From positions 1 to 64,000 of IMG/VR virus record IMGVR_UViG_3300012940_000024: DNA of 64,000 bases. The stretch is one strand, 5' to 3'. Source of the stretch: a virus (lineage: Duplodnaviria; Caudoviricetes). The position numbers were made by a program, and so were the translations under genes. The notes under the pieces were generated by a model, which had not been told where the DNA came from, searched no databases, and saw only the letters and a list, made by a program, of their open reading frames with translations. This document shows, piece after piece, positions 28,922-39,704 of the stretch. The number at the start of each line of letters is the position of its first letter. Within the stretch, counting starts at the first letter, position 1.

Positions 28922-31900
28922 TAAATTTTCACTCCTTTTCTCTCTAGCCCTTTGATAATTTCATTGACAAAATTTTCAGCTTCTTTTGCTTGTCCTTCCA
29001 TTTTTTCAATATTAAAATTGATATTAATTTGTTGATTTGTATTCGTATTATTGTAAGTGTTAGCTGGAATATTATTTGGATTAAAACCAATTAAAGGATT
29101 GGCTATAGGCATATTGTTAATTGTTTCTCCTGTAATTCTTCCGGCAATCGAACTATAATCACGATTAAATGCTATATCTTGGTCAGTAAGTGAAGTAGCT
29201 ATACCATATAATCCTGTTTGTAATTGTTCAAATTTATCAATAATGTTTTGGGAAATAGCTTCTCCTATTAATTCAGAATTAAGTGCCACATTTTCTTGGA
29301 ATTGATCAATGGTTGCCATCATTGTTGCAGTATTTCCAGCTAATAAATCTTCTCTGATTTTTGCGAATGTTCTTTCATTTTCAATTAGATTTTCCCATTT
29401 TCTTTCAACCTGTTTAGAATGTTCTTCAAGAGAATCCATCATTTTATCATAGCGTTCTTCTTCTGATTCAGTAATTTGTTTTGTTTCTTCTTGCCTAGCT
29501 TTTAATTCATCTTCTAATGTTTTTTTTCTTTCCTCTAATTGTTTTTGTCTTTGAGTTTCAGCAATTTCTTCTGTAATATCTTGTAATTCTTTTTCAATTT
29601 GTCGTTTTCTTTGTTGACCTTGTTGAGAAGTATCTAATGAAAGTAATCCAATTTGTTCGATTAATTCCTGTCTTGTTCTTTGCTTTTCAGCTAGTTCTTT
29701 TTCATATTGTCTTTTATCTTCTAATTCATCTAGTTTATCTAATTGTTCATCAATATTTTTTTCAAAAGCTTCTAAATCTTTTTCATACATTTCTATACGT
29801 TTATCATATGCATCTTCCAATGCATCCATTTGTTTTTCAATGGCTTCTAATTCAAGATCTTCCATTTCTTCATAATAATCTTTCATTGCATCTATAAGTT
29901 CATCTATTGCTTCTTCATGTCTCTCTAATTGTTCTCTTTGGGAATCTTCTATTGCTTCATTAAGTTCTTTTTGCTTTTCAGTCAATTCTGCAATTGAATC
30001 TTTCCATGCTTCGTATAATTCCGGAAAATTTCTAACTGCATTTTCTTCTGCTTTTAATTGTTTTAAATAAACTTCATTGGCACGAATTTGTTTTTCATAT
30101 TCTCTTCTAATTTGCTGTTGAGCGATAGTGAATTTTTGTAAATCATTATCAGAAAAATCATTCATTTTTCGTTCTATATCAGCGATTCTTCTATCAGATT
30201 CTTCCATGCCTGTTTCATAAAGATTTAAAATTTGATCTACTCTTGATTGAGCAATTGACTTTTGTAATTCATATATTTCTTTTTGTTGTTCAATATATTT
30301 TTTTTGTTGCTCGTCAATCATATCGTAAATTTCATCAGTTAATTTTTCGTTTAAAGCTAATTCAGCGTTGGTTAATTCTTGATTTAAATAAGCTATACTT
30401 TGAGCATTGGCATCTGCTTGTGATTGAAGTAGCTTTAATCTTGCTTCTCGGTTATATCTAAATTCTTTGGATTGCTGATCTAGTTTTGAAGCGAGAAATT
30501 CATTTTCAACCAAATCAACTTCCATCTTTTTTGATTCACGTTCTAATCGTGCAACTTCACTAGATATTAGTTCCTGTAATGTTTTAAAATAATTTTCACG
30601 AACTGAGACTCTTTCTTGTAATAATTGTGCCCTTTCATCTTTTGCTTGATCAATGGCTTGCTGTCCTTTAGCATCTAAAGTATTAGCAATATTAATTCCT
30701 AATTTTGACCATGTTTGTCTACCGACAATACCATCTACAGCAATACCAACTTTTTTCTGAAATTCTCTTACAGCACGTTCTGTTTCTTTGCCAAAAATAC
30801 CATCAGCAGAAATACCCAAAGCTTTTTGTAATTCTTTTACTTCATTTCCTCTACTACCTACTCTTAAAGTTTTTGCAGTAACTCCTGTTCCTAAAATCTC
30901 CGATCCTTTTTCTACTAATCCTGTTTGTTGGATTCTTCCACTAGCAATTTGAGCATCTAAGCTGGCAGTTTCTTTATCAATAGCTTTTATTTTTTCATTT
31001 ATAAGTCTTGCTTCTTCTTTTAATCCTTTTTGATATTCTTTAGAATATTCTGGGTAATCTAACATCAAATTTTGATTTTTGGCAATTTCTTCATTTAATC
31101 TTCTCATGGTTTCTTTATATTCATCAGTTATCCAAACCATTTCTTTTGTTTCTTTTTGACTTTTATTTCCACCAGCATCTTTTTTTAATGGTGCTTCGGT
31201 TTTTTGAATATTGGCAGATAAATCTATATTTTTTAGTGCTTGAATGTTTGCTAATTCTCTTTCCAGTTCTTGTTTTGCTGACTTCGCTTGTCCTCTTGCG
31301 ATAACTGTATAACTTTTTACACGTTGAGCAATATAAGTACCCCAATCTAAAGATTTGACACTCTTTTCACTGATACCCTGTGCTATTAAATTTTGTTGAT
31401 AGGCAAGTGCATCCGCCGCCGCCATTTGGTGTCCAATGATTTCAGCACTTGTTTTTGAAGCATTAATATAAGCTGAATCAAGAAATTGTAATGTTTTCAC
31501 TTGAACTTCTGCACCTTTAAGAAATGCATTTACTGTTTCAAGTTGTGCTTTTATTTTGGCTTCTTCTGCTGACAATTTAACTTTTGCACTTTCTTCTTCT
31601 TTATCTGCTACTCTTTGTAATGCTTCTTCTTCAATGGTTAATACATTATTACGTGTACTAATAGCATCCGATAATTCCGGATACATAGATGTTAATTGTG
31701 AAACTTGACTTATTGTTAAGCTTTCACCAGCATTTACCGTTTGAATTGCTTGTGCAAGAATAATTGCATTTTTTTCATATTCAGCCATAATATTATTACG
31801 TTCCATAGCAACCATGTTCGCTAAAGATTGTTCTTGTGTTTGAGTTGCTGTTTTAGCCCCTACATCAGCAAGTAAGGTACTTTGATTCGCTAAAAAATAA

Positions 31901-34900
31901 TTAAATAATTGTGCTATATCTTTATTTAAACCTGTTTGATTAGCCAAGCTTTGTAAAGCTGATGTAGCAAGATTAGATCCATTTACAAGATCATCAAATT
32001 TTATTCCTTCACCTGCTATTGAAGATAATGCTTCTTTTACATTGTCTTTATAATTTTCTAAAAAACTTACATCTATCTGTTTTTTTGAAATGGCTTCAAA
32101 TAATGCTTCATTTAATATTTCAGCAAATTGACCAGCACTACTTTCAACATCTATATTTCTTTCACTTAAAGCATCACTAAATTGTTGTTCAAAATCAATA
32201 CCTAGTTCTTCAATTCTAGTTTGAATTTCTTCATCAAATGATTCAATAGTCCTACCTAAATCATCTCTGCCTTTATTTATATTTGCGACTAAACGATCTA
32301 CTGCTTCATTAATTCCTTCCCGTTCCGGAGTCCAAACATCTAATGCAGTTGTAGCTTGTGTATATAAATTTTCTGATATTTGACCACGATCATACATTGA
32401 TTTGATTGATTTTTTTACATTGTCTATTTCAGCTTTTAATGCTGAATTTTTTTCTTTAAATTTAGCTATATCAGTATCCTTAATAATGTCTCTAATTATA
32501 TTTACACCTTGAACATCTTTTTCTATAGCCTTCAAACGCTCTTTCGCTTTTTCAGCTTCGTTAACAACACCTTGTAATTTTTGAGCCGGAGTTCCAATAT
32601 TAAAGCCTTCTAATATTTCTTCACCATAATCAGACTGACCAATCCAACTAAAAGCTTTTCCTATTCCTGCTTTTCCAAAAGCTTTGTCAGTTTGCTCTTG
32701 TGCAATTTTTTCGGAAGTTAATCTCAATTCTTCCCTTTTTTGTTCATTTAACTCTTTTAAAGTTTCTGCTGATTTTAAATGAGCATTTCCTTGTTCATCG
32801 TAATAAGCTACAAATTCATTTCCAAAACTTAACAATTCTTTTTGTAATTCTGTATATTCTTCTAATTCTTTACTTCCTTGTGTTAAATATCCAGCTTGAT
32901 CTAAATTTTCTAATTGTGAATATCTTTCAATATCAAATTCGTCTAATTGATTTAATACTTTAGACTGTGCATCATATTCTTCTTTTAATTTTTCAATACG
33001 CTCATCACTAGTTTCAATTAATTCATCTAATGCATAGACAACACCATTTATAGCTGTTCCAACAAGAAAACCAACTACACTCATTTTTAACATTGTTCCA
33101 ATGGCTAGTCCTGCGGATTTAGCCATACTTCCTACTCTTTTTAAACCAGTTCCCATTGATACAACTTGTGCATTAAATCTTCCTGCTTCGGTAGTATTAG
33201 ATCTAAAGGCATTAAATAAATCTTTTTTAAAAATTCCGGCAATAGGTAATAAAAGACCAGCAAGAGTTCCTACTGATCCAAAAGTATCTATAAACTTTGT
33301 TAGTGCTTGAACAGCAGATGTTATCGCACTAATAAAGCCTTTCATTGTATCATTATCCCAAAAAGTGAGCCAAAATTCTTCAAGTGAAGCCTTTAATTCA
33401 TCAACTCTATATACTAAAGATTCTTGATATTTTGAAAATTCTCGATCCATACTACCCATACTTGTTTCTGCGGTTTTAAGGGCATTTTGGGCATCTTCCC
33501 AATTTCCTAACATAGCACTAACTACTGTACCTTGATGTTTACCACCAATAGCTTCAACTAATCCTGCTCGTTGAATATCAGTTAGGCTATCCCAAACTCC
33601 TGCTAATTCTTCAAAAATTTGATAGGTAGATTTAAATGTAGTTGCATCTTTCATTAATTCTAAGCCAATATCATTAAACGCTTTTTTTAGTTCCGGTACT
33701 GCTCCTGTAAGTTTACCTGTTTCTTCATCTACACCTCTTAATCTCATTGAAATGGTTTTCATTGCAGTACCAACACGTTTTTCATCTTGAATTACTTTGT
33801 TGGCAGAAGCGATCATAGCTACTGATTGTTCTACATTATTTCCGGCTTCGGCTAAAACTGCTGATGATCTTTTTAATGCTTCACCAATTCCACTAGAAGT
33901 TACAGCAAAATTGTTTCCAACTTCGTTGAAAATATCAGCATATCTTCTTGATTCTTCTACTGCATTTTTTTCATCAACACCAAAACCAGCTAATGCAGAT
34001 GTTAAGAAATTTGAAGCATCTTCAACATTCATATCACCAACATTGGCATATTTTAAAGCAGTTTCACCTAATGCTCTTGATTCTTGGAATGTGTAGCCTA
34101 ATTTTTGCATCTCTGTTACTGCTCGAATAACTTCGGCTGTTGTAACACCTAATTCTTGCCCCATTTGAGAAGCTTCGATCCTAAAATTTTCAACTGCTTC
34201 TGTAGTCGCATCTGTTACTTTTGCTAAATCTGTTAATGCTTCATCAATTTCATAAATACTTCTAAATCCTTCACTAGCTAATTCTAATATTTCATAGGTC
34301 ATTCCGAACGTTGCTAGATAAGTGGGCACTCTTCGCATTGAAGCTGACATTTGTTCCCAAATAGTTTGTTGTTGGACTAATCGAGTTTGTTGAACACCCA
34401 TGTCATACATTGATCTTGTAGCCTGATCCAATGCAACTGCATAACGAGTAATTTCACCTCTAGCATCTCTATGATCATATGTTAGACGGGTAGTTGTTCC
34501 ATGTACTGAATCATAAGTATGATTCAATCTAATTAATTCATCATTAACATTCTCAATTCCACGCTGTTGTTCAAGATAAGCCTTTGCCAATGCTCTCATT
34601 TCATCTTCACGTTCTAAATGAGATCGAGAAGAGTCAAATACTCTATCTATTCTTTCCGGTTCTAAGGGAACATCTCTTATGCTTTCAACTCTATCCCCAC
34701 GTATCCTAACATCTTCTTTTCTTCTTTGTGCTTCAATATCATTATTAATTTTTCTTTGCTGTGCTTCACGTTTCAATTCATTAATTAAGGCTTGAACGTT
34801 TTGAATTTCCTTTCGACTTTCTTCATTTCCTTGTCTTTTTAATTGATTTATTTTTGTCTGTAAATTTTCTAATTCTTTGGTGAAATGATTCAAATCATCA

Positions 34901-36069
34901 CTTGCATTTAAATTTTTAAAAGTCTTTTGAAAGCTAAGACCTAAATTTTTAGCCTTATCATCTAAGCTTTGTAATTTTTTATCAAACTGTCCGACTTGAT
35001 TTAATTCTTTTTCAATCTCTTTAAGTGAAGCAGTAACTTGTTTATTCGTATCTGTATATTTTAAATTTTCATCAATCATTTTCCTAATATGTTTGGTATC
35101 AAAACCCATACCAGCAAGTTCAGCTTCACGTTTTCTTAATTCCGGTAATTTTTCAACAATTTTCTGATAATTTTTTTCATGTTGAATAGCTTCTTTGATT
35201 TTTTTATTTGCACTATCTAATTGTTGATTATATCTTTTAAGTGTATCTTCACTTTTATCACTTGCAACAATAACATTACTTTTATTTAAATCTTTTCTTG
35301 CTTCTTCGTATTCCCTAATAATGCCTTTATCTACTTTGTTTGCTTTTAATTCTTGAATTTTTTTATCTATTTCGGCTTGTTTTTCTAAGGCTTGAAGTCT
35401 AATTTTTTCTTTTGTTAATAAAGTATCTGTTAGATCGTTTAATTCTTTTCTTTGTTTGGTAGTTAGTCCTTCTTCTGTATTAGCTTTTGCTAACAATTTC
35501 ATAAATTGAGTTTTTTGAGCAGATCTTTTAATTTCAAGTTGAGAAATAAGGTCTTGCACTTCTTTGTATCTTTCAGCTTCTTGTCTTATTTTTTTTGTAT
35601 TTTCTAGATCTTTTCTACCAATTACTTCTCCTTCTGAGCCAAAAGACATTTTTGTTTGGTACTTGTCATCACCATAAACTCTTGTTTGACCAACTACATT
35701 ACCACCAGCATCATATTTGGTTTCTTTTTTTAATAAATCATCTGCTTCCATTTTTTTTAATTTTTCGTTATTTTTTATAGCATCTTCATATTGTTTTGCT
35801 TGCAGTTTCGCAATTTCTTCTCTTTTCTTCTGTTCTTTTTCTAACCTTTTTAATGTATCCTTATTGAGATCTTCCATTTTTTTGTTGAGCATATCTATGT
35901 TTTGTGCCAACTTACTTAACTGTTCAACAAAATTTCCTTCATCAATAATCTTAATTTTTATTTCTTTGACAGAATTTTTAATTTTTTCAATTTTTTCTGT
36001 AATATTTTTATAACTACTATCATCTAAATCAGCAGTTAAAATAATCTTTAAAGCATCATCCATTGCCAA
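28921..36069 (-). CDS. Tape measure protein (2382 aa) with an internal peptidoglycan-binding domain
   Basis: Long coiled coils; TMP core EIDEALTDLAKV...GNNFAVTSSGIGEALKRS...GTAMKTISMRL; PG_binding_1 LRVGSRGNEVKELQKALG...DGIVGRQTW at ~30700-30870. Confidence 0.9.
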   Translation of the reverse strand: MAMDDALKIILTADLDDSSYKNITEKIEKIKNSVKEIKIKIIDEGNFVEQLSKLAQNIDMLNKKMEDLNKDTLKRLEKEQKKREEIAKLQAKQYEDAIKNNEKLKKMEADDLLKKETKYDAGGNVVGQTRVYGDDKYQTKMSFGSEGEVIGRKDLENTKKIRQEAERYKEVQDLISQLEIKRSAQKTQFMKLLAKANTEEGLTTKQRKELNDLTDTLLTKEKIRLQALEKQAEIDKKIQELKANKVDKGIIREYEEARKDLNKSNVIVASDKSEDTLKRYNQQLDSANKKIKEAIQHEKNYQKIVEKLPELRKREAELAGMGFDTKHIRKMIDENLKYTDTNKQVTASLKEIEKELNQVGQFDKKLQSLDDKAKNLGLSFQKTFKNLNASDDLNHFTKELENLQTKINQLKRQGNEESRKEIQNVQALINELKREAQQRKINNDIEAQRRKEDVRIRGDRVESIRDVPLEPERIDRVFDSSRSHLEREDEMRALAKAYLEQQRGIENVNDELIRLNHTYDSVHGTTTRLTYDHRDARGEITRYAVALDQATRSMYDMGVQQTRLVQQQTIWEQMSASMRRVPTYLATFGMTYEILELASEGFRSIYEIDEALTDLAKVTDATTEAVENFRIEASQMGQELGVTTAEVIRAVTEMQKLGYTFQESRALGETALKYANVGDMNVEDASNFLTSALAGFGVDEKNAVEESRRYADIFNEVGNNFAVTSSGIGEALKRSSAVLAEAGNNVEQSVAMIASANKVIQDEKRVGTAMKTISMRLRGVDEETGKLTGAVPELKKAFNDIGLELMKDATTFKSTYQIFEELAGVWDSLTDIQRAGLVEAIGGKHQGTVVSAMLGNWEDAQNALKTAETSMGSMDREFSKYQESLVYRVDELKASLEEFWLTFWDNDTMKGFISAITSAVQALTKFIDTFGSVGTLAGLLLPIAGIFKKDLFNAFRSNTTEAGRFNAQVVSMGTGLKRVGSMAKSAGLAIGTMLKMSVVGFLVGTAINGVVYALDELIETSDERIEKLKEEYDAQSKVLNQLDEFDIERYSQLENLDQAGYLTQGSKELEEYTELQKELLSFGNEFVAYYDEQGNAHLKSAETLKELNEQKREELRLTSEKIAQEQTDKAFGKAGIGKAFSWIGQSDYGEEILEGFNIGTPAQKLQGVVNEAEKAKERLKAIEKDVQGVNIIRDIIKDTDIAKFKEKNSALKAEIDNVKKSIKSMYDRGQISENLYTQATTALDVWTPEREGINEAVDRLVANINKGRDDLGRTIESFDEEIQTRIEELGIDFEQQFSDALSERNIDVESSAGQFAEILNEALFEAISKKQIDVSFLENYKDNVKEALSSIAGEGIKFDDLVNGSNLATSALQSLANQTGLNKDIAQLFNYFLANQSTLLADVGAKTATQTQEQSLANMVAMERNNIMAEYEKNAIILAQAIQTVNAGESLTISQVSQLTSMYPELSDAISTRNNVLTIEEEALQRVADKEEESAKVKLSAEEAKIKAQLETVNAFLKGAEVQVKTLQFLDSAYINASKTSAEIIGHQMAAADALAYQQNLIAQGISEKSVKSLDWGTYIAQRVKSYTVIARGQAKSAKQELERELANIQALKNIDLSANIQKTEAPLKKDAGGNKSQKETKEMVWITDEYKETMRRLNEEIAKNQNLMLDYPEYSKEYQKGLKEEARLINEKIKAIDKETASLDAQIASGRIQQTGLVEKGSEILGTGVTAKTLRVGSRGNEVKELQKALGISADGIFGKETERAVREFQKKVGIAVDGIVGRQTWSKLGINIANTLDAKGQQAIDQAKDERAQLLQERVSVRENYFKTLQELISSEVARLERESKKMEVDLVENEFLASKLDQQSKEFRYNREARLKLLQSQADANAQSIAYLNQELTNAELALNEKLTDEIYDMIDEQQKKYIEQQKEIYELQKSIAQSRVDQILNLYETGMEESDRRIADIERKMNDFSDNDLQKFTIAQQQIRREYEKQIRANEVYLKQLKAEENAVRNFPELYEAWKDSIAELTEKQKELNEAIEDSQREQLERHEEAIDELIDAMKDYYEEMEDLELEAIEKQMDALEDAYDKRIEMYEKDLEAFEKNIDEQLDKLDELEDKRQYEKELAEKQRTRQELIEQIGLLSLDTSQQGQQRKRQIEKELQDITEEIAETQRQKQLEERKKTLEDELKARQEETKQITESEEERYDKMMDSLEEHSKQVERKWENLIENERTFAKIREDLLAGNTATMMATIDQFQENVALNSELIGEAISQNIIDKFEQLQTGLYGIATSLTDQDIAFNRDYSSIAGRITGETINNMPIANPLIGFNPNNIPANTYNNTNTNQQININFNIEKMEGQAKEAENFVNEIIKGLERKGVKI

Positions 36070-36088
36070 TGAAATTCACTCCTTTACT

Positions 36089-36117
36089 AAAAAAGGCTAG
36101 TGAATTTTCACTAGCCT
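36089..36117 (-). terminator. Rho-independent terminator
   Basis: AGGCTAGTGAA/TTCACTAGCCT hairpin with T-run on minus. Confidence 0.7.
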
Positions 36118-36547
36118 AAAGAATAGTTGTTTCATTTACTTCTTCCAAAATTTCACAATAACGCTCAAATATTAATGCTTCCTTTCCACTAAATTCTTTA
36201 TCACAATTTAGAACAAAATTAGTAACAGCAGAAAACATAGGCTCATTAGCTTCATCATTTGATATAATAAATTCTTCACTCATTAATTTTTCATATTCAC
36301 TTTGAAAAGTGGAAACATCATCAATGTCATAATACTTTTTACCATTTCTTTCTACTGTCCGGAAATTACCATCTCCATCTTTTTTGCAAAATTCATTTAA
36401 TAAATCAGTGTGTTCTTGTTGAACTAGTTTTAAATGATCTTGTAATTTCCTTACTAACCTGTTTCTCATTCGATTTTCCGTACCTTTTAATTTAAAAGAG
36501 AGTAGAAATGTGGCAAATTCTTCAATTTCTCCATTTTTGATTTTCAT
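36116..36547 (-). CDS. DUF1617-like phage protein
   Basis: LKGTENRMRNRL...KKDGDG...F..EYEKLM.E pattern; RBS AGGAGG. Confidence 0.55.
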   Translation of the reverse strand: MKIKNGEIEEFATFLLSFKLKGTENRMRNRLVRKLQDHLKLVQQEHTDLLNEFCKKDGDGNFRTVERNGKKYYDIDDVSTFQSEYEKLMSEEFIISNDEANEPMFSAVTNFVLNCDKEFSGKEALIFERYCEILEEVNETTIL

Positions 36548-36622
36548 GTTTACTACCTCCTTTTTGTCCTTTATATTGTTAACAGCAAACTTATTTTTAT
36601 GTAATAAGATTGCGAAAATCTT

Positions 36623-37617
36623 TTATATTTCAAAATTTCTTTTCTGTTTTTGTAATTTTTTAACATCTTATCGAACATAGTAAATAAGGGTAGTATCAGG
36701 TGATTGGTGATTGAGAAGTTTTTGTACATCTTCAAGGGGCATACCTTTATTAAATAAGATGGAACTGGCAGAATGTCTTAAATCGTGAGCGTGTAAATTT
36801 TTACCAATAATTTTTCCGATTTTTTTAATCCAGCTAGTTTGAATCGTTGTTTTGGAAACTTTTTTCCACCTATTACCATAGCGAGTAATAAAAAGATATT
36901 CTGACTCAATCTTTTCTTGTTTTCTTTTTTTGAGAAGTTCTTTTATTAAGGATAAGGCTAATTCGGAGGGAAATAAATCAACTAAATATCCTTCTTTTTC
37001 TAATACTTCTGAAATAATCTCTTTTTCAAAATCAATTTGATCAATCCGGATATTTGATATAGCATTTACTCTTGCCATAGTTGATATTGATACTTCAAAA
37101 TAAACTTGTAATTGCAGATCATTTTGTTTTTTTAACTGTTTACGAATTTCATGTAGTTCTTCCTCAGTTAAAAAATTCTGTACAATTTGTTGCTTTTCAC
37201 CAGCACGAATTGTAGGTCTTTCTAAATAATCCAATGGATTCTCTTTAATCTTTCTTTTTTTCCGTAAATAAAGAAAAAAAGATGAAATTGAAGATAATCT
37301 TCTTTGGATTCTTCTTTCATTGTTCCCTAAGAAGGTGGAACAGAAAGCAATAAAATCCTCCAAAAGATCAACCATTTCTTCAATTCCATCTTTTGAATTT
37401 AAAAGCTTGATTATATTTTCTTCATTTATAATTCCATTTTGATATTGCTCATAAATAAAATAAAGCCATTGTTTAAAATCATTACTATAAGATTTTTTGT
37501 ACTTTCAGATAAATTCATATTTTTAAAATTGAAATACTTTTTAATCAATTGTTTATTTTCATCTGACACTAATTGATACTTTTCTTCTGTTACATATCTA
37601 ATGTATTTTCTAGCCAA
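36623..37617 (-). pseudogene. XerC/D-like tyrosine recombinase (YomM-like) with a frameshift and a late premature stop
   Basis: ORFs 37426-37617 and 36668-37375 join if the T6 run at 37493-37498 gains one base (TKKSYSNDFKQWL...); R (MARVN), HDLRH, LNH...Y motifs; after TAA at 36668 the frame continues DVKKLQKQKRNFEI* to 36623. Confidence 0.7.
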
Positions 37618-37644
37618 TTATTATTCACATCCTACAACATTCCT

Positions 37645-38148
37645 TTACATTTCAGTATTGATTCCTAAACGTCTTAAACTGTGCTGTAATGCTTTTACAT
37701 GTGATTTATTCTTTCGTAAGCTTTCTCTTGTGTTAGCAATAAAAGGTCTTTTGTGATAATATTTATATCTTGGGTGAGGGAAGGTGTAACCTCTATAACC
37801 TAATTCTTTTGCTTTTTCATGTCCATATTCAATAACAGGTGTTAAATATTGATTAGTGTACATTAAATTTCTTTTTGCAATATTATATACTTCAATTGTA
37901 TTATTCCGTTTAAATTGTACTTTTATGTTATCTTCATCCATTAATCCATCATTATGATACCTACGAACATATTTTTTAGGCTTTTCATATGCCATATAAA
38001 CATCACGTAAAATATGTTTTTTTAGTACATTTTTAATTGCTTTCGGTGGTTCATCTTGTATAGCTTTTTTTACTGCTTGTTTTAAAAAATCTTGCAACTT
38101 TTTAAAGGAGTTAAATTCTTCCATAGAATCACATTCCTTTTTCTTCAA
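37645..38148 (-). CDS. Tail completion/neck protein (YomN/HK97 gp10-like)
   Basis: VYMAY...YVRR...L...NI...PVIEYG...RPFIANTRESL. Confidence 0.55.
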   Translation of the reverse strand: MKKKECDSMEEFNSFKKLQDFLKQAVKKAIQDEPPKAIKNVLKKHILRDVYMAYEKPKKYVRRYHNDGLMDEDNIKVQFKRNNTIEVYNIAKRNLMYTNQYLTPVIEYGHEKAKELGYRGYTFPHPRYKYYHKRPFIANTRESLRKNKSHVKALQHSLRRLGINTEM

Positions 38149-38656
38149 TAATTTGCTTGATTTTTTCTTTGCTTAATTTATCTGCTTCATTTAATTTTTC
38201 AATTTCCTTTGAATTTTTTTCAATGTTCAGTAATATATTTTGAGTTGCATGATTTAAATGCAGCATTGCTTTCTCAACTTCTTTCGGTTCAAAATGAGAA
38301 AATATTTGAAACAGGATAGTTGTATCGATCATTTTTTCTAAGATAGCAATTTGCTTTTTAAAATCATTTGGAATATCCAATGAGGAAAAATATTTTATTA
38401 ACAGCATCATATACCATGATTGAATTAACTCTTCAATATCATTAAAATCTTTAGTGTATTTTTTTAACATATCTAATTTAGACATAAATTCTCGGACACA
38501 GGATTTTATTTTATAAGGACTGAATTGCTTGTTAATCATCACGTTAGCTTCTTCTATACCATTTTTCGTATAAATATTTATGGTTATTTCTTCTTCTTGA
38601 TCATATTGATCCGCAACTTCTTCAATAAAATCAACCGTAAGTTTTTTTTCTTCCAT
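38129..38656 (-). CDS. Probable tail assembly chaperone
   Basis: 175 aa between the major tail and TMP genes; LLIKYFSSLDIP motif. Confidence 0.5.
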   Translation of the reverse strand: MEEKKLTVDFIEEVADQYDQEEEITINIYTKNGIEEANVMINKQFSPYKIKSCVREFMSKLDMLKKYTKDFNDIEELIQSWYMMLLIKYFSSLDIPNDFKKQIAILEKMIDTTILFQIFSHFEPKEVEKAMLHLNHATQNILLNIEKNSKEIEKLNEADKLSKEKIKQIIEEKGM

Positions 38657-38683
38657 TATTATTCTCCTTTTACTCGATTATTT

Positions 38684-39082
38684 TTAAGGCTTGATGATAG
38701 GGGATTGTTCTTGCTGAATAGCTTGTTGCATTGCTTGTTGTTCTTGTTGCTTTTGTTTAATTTCTATAATTTCTTCTTTAGTTAATTTACTAATATCAGC
38801 TTTTTCAAGTGGAACTTCCCCACTTTTAACATCACTAATTTTTTGAGTTGATTTTACACCGGAATATAAACCACTAGCAGATAATCCATAAATAACACCA
38901 CTTAATAAAATGTGTTGTAAAGTATGATCTTCACTAATAAGAAAAGATACACCTACACCGATTGCCAATGATATAAGAGGACTCCATTTTGCTGAAACAC
39001 CTACAATTTTAAAACATTGAACAATGGCAACAACTAAAGGTACAACCCAAAAACTATTTTCTAGTGCAACGGAAAAATCCAT
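38684..39082 (-). CDS. Holin
   Basis: Hydrophobic helices with PLISLAIGV...GVIYGLSASGLYSGVK holin signature; Q-rich tail. Confidence 0.75.
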   Translation of the reverse strand: MDFSVALENSFWVVPLVVAIVQCFKIVGVSAKWSPLISLAIGVGVSFLISEDHTLQHILLSGVIYGLSASGLYSGVKSTQKISDVKSGEVPLEKADISKLTKEEIIEIKQKQQEQQAMQQAIQQEQSPIIKP

Positions 39083-39084
39083 AT

Positions 39085-39591
39085 TTATTCATGCTCCTTT
39101 TTAGTAATATTTACTGATTCATCTACTGGAATGTTTTCTTTTAGAACATCATCAAATAATACGTCATCTTCTACAACTTTTTTTGTGACTTCTTTTTCAT
39201 ACAATCCATCAGATCTTTTTACAAAATTTTCTTCTTTTTCGACTTTTAATTCTTCAAAATTATCTTCCTCAAAATCATGAGAAGGTGGAATAGCGTTCGG
39301 TGGGAGGGGTTCTTCTTCTCTTATTGGATTTATATCAGATTGTTTTTCGGCTTCATCTCCATTAAAGCCATCCCAAAAACTTTCATCATGTAATAATTGA
39401 TTGTTATACAACATGTTATTCATTGGAGGATAAATATTTGGAACATCTTCTTTATTTTCAACGTCTACTTTATCTATAAAAAATTTATATATCAGCCAAA
39501 TCAATAGAAGGATCGCTAAAATAGTTATAATACCTTCAATTGAAAACACCCAATCAAAAAAGCTTTCATATTTTGTTGAAGCGATATACAT
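39085..39591 (-). CDS. Membrane-anchored acidic protein
   Basis: N-terminal TM IITILAILLLIWLIYKFF, acidic tail. Confidence 0.6.
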   Translation of the reverse strand: MYIASTKYESFFDWVFSIEGIITILAILLLIWLIYKFFIDKVDVENKEDVPNIYPPMNNMLYNNQLLHDESFWDGFNGDEAEKQSDINPIREEEPLPPNAIPPSHDFEEDNFEELKVEKEENFVKRSDGLYEKEVTKKVVEDDVLFDDVLKENIPVDESVNITKKEHE

Positions 39592-39650
39592 TTTTTCACC
39601 TTCCTTTAAAATGTGAATAAAAGCAAAATTTCATTTAGATACCAAAAAAT

Positions 39651-39678
39651 AAAAAAGGGTAGAAAAATCTACCCTTTT
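39651..39678 (-). terminator. Rho-independent terminator after the major tail gene
   Basis: AAAAGGGTAGA-aaaa-TCTACCCTTTT with T-run on minus. Confidence 0.75.
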
Positions 39679-39685
39679 AATAATA

Positions 39686-39704
39686 AAGCATATTTTGTTA
39701 TTTG
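39686..39704 (-). promoter_or_regulatory. Late-gene junction motif copy 3
   Basis: CAAATAACAAAATATGCTT directly after the major tail stop. Confidence 0.5.

Noticed and set aside
36668-36670. Stop-codon reassignment in this phage
   Set aside because: Only isolated interruptions occur (one TAA, and stops arising from frameshifts); all other long genes are uninterrupted in the standard code
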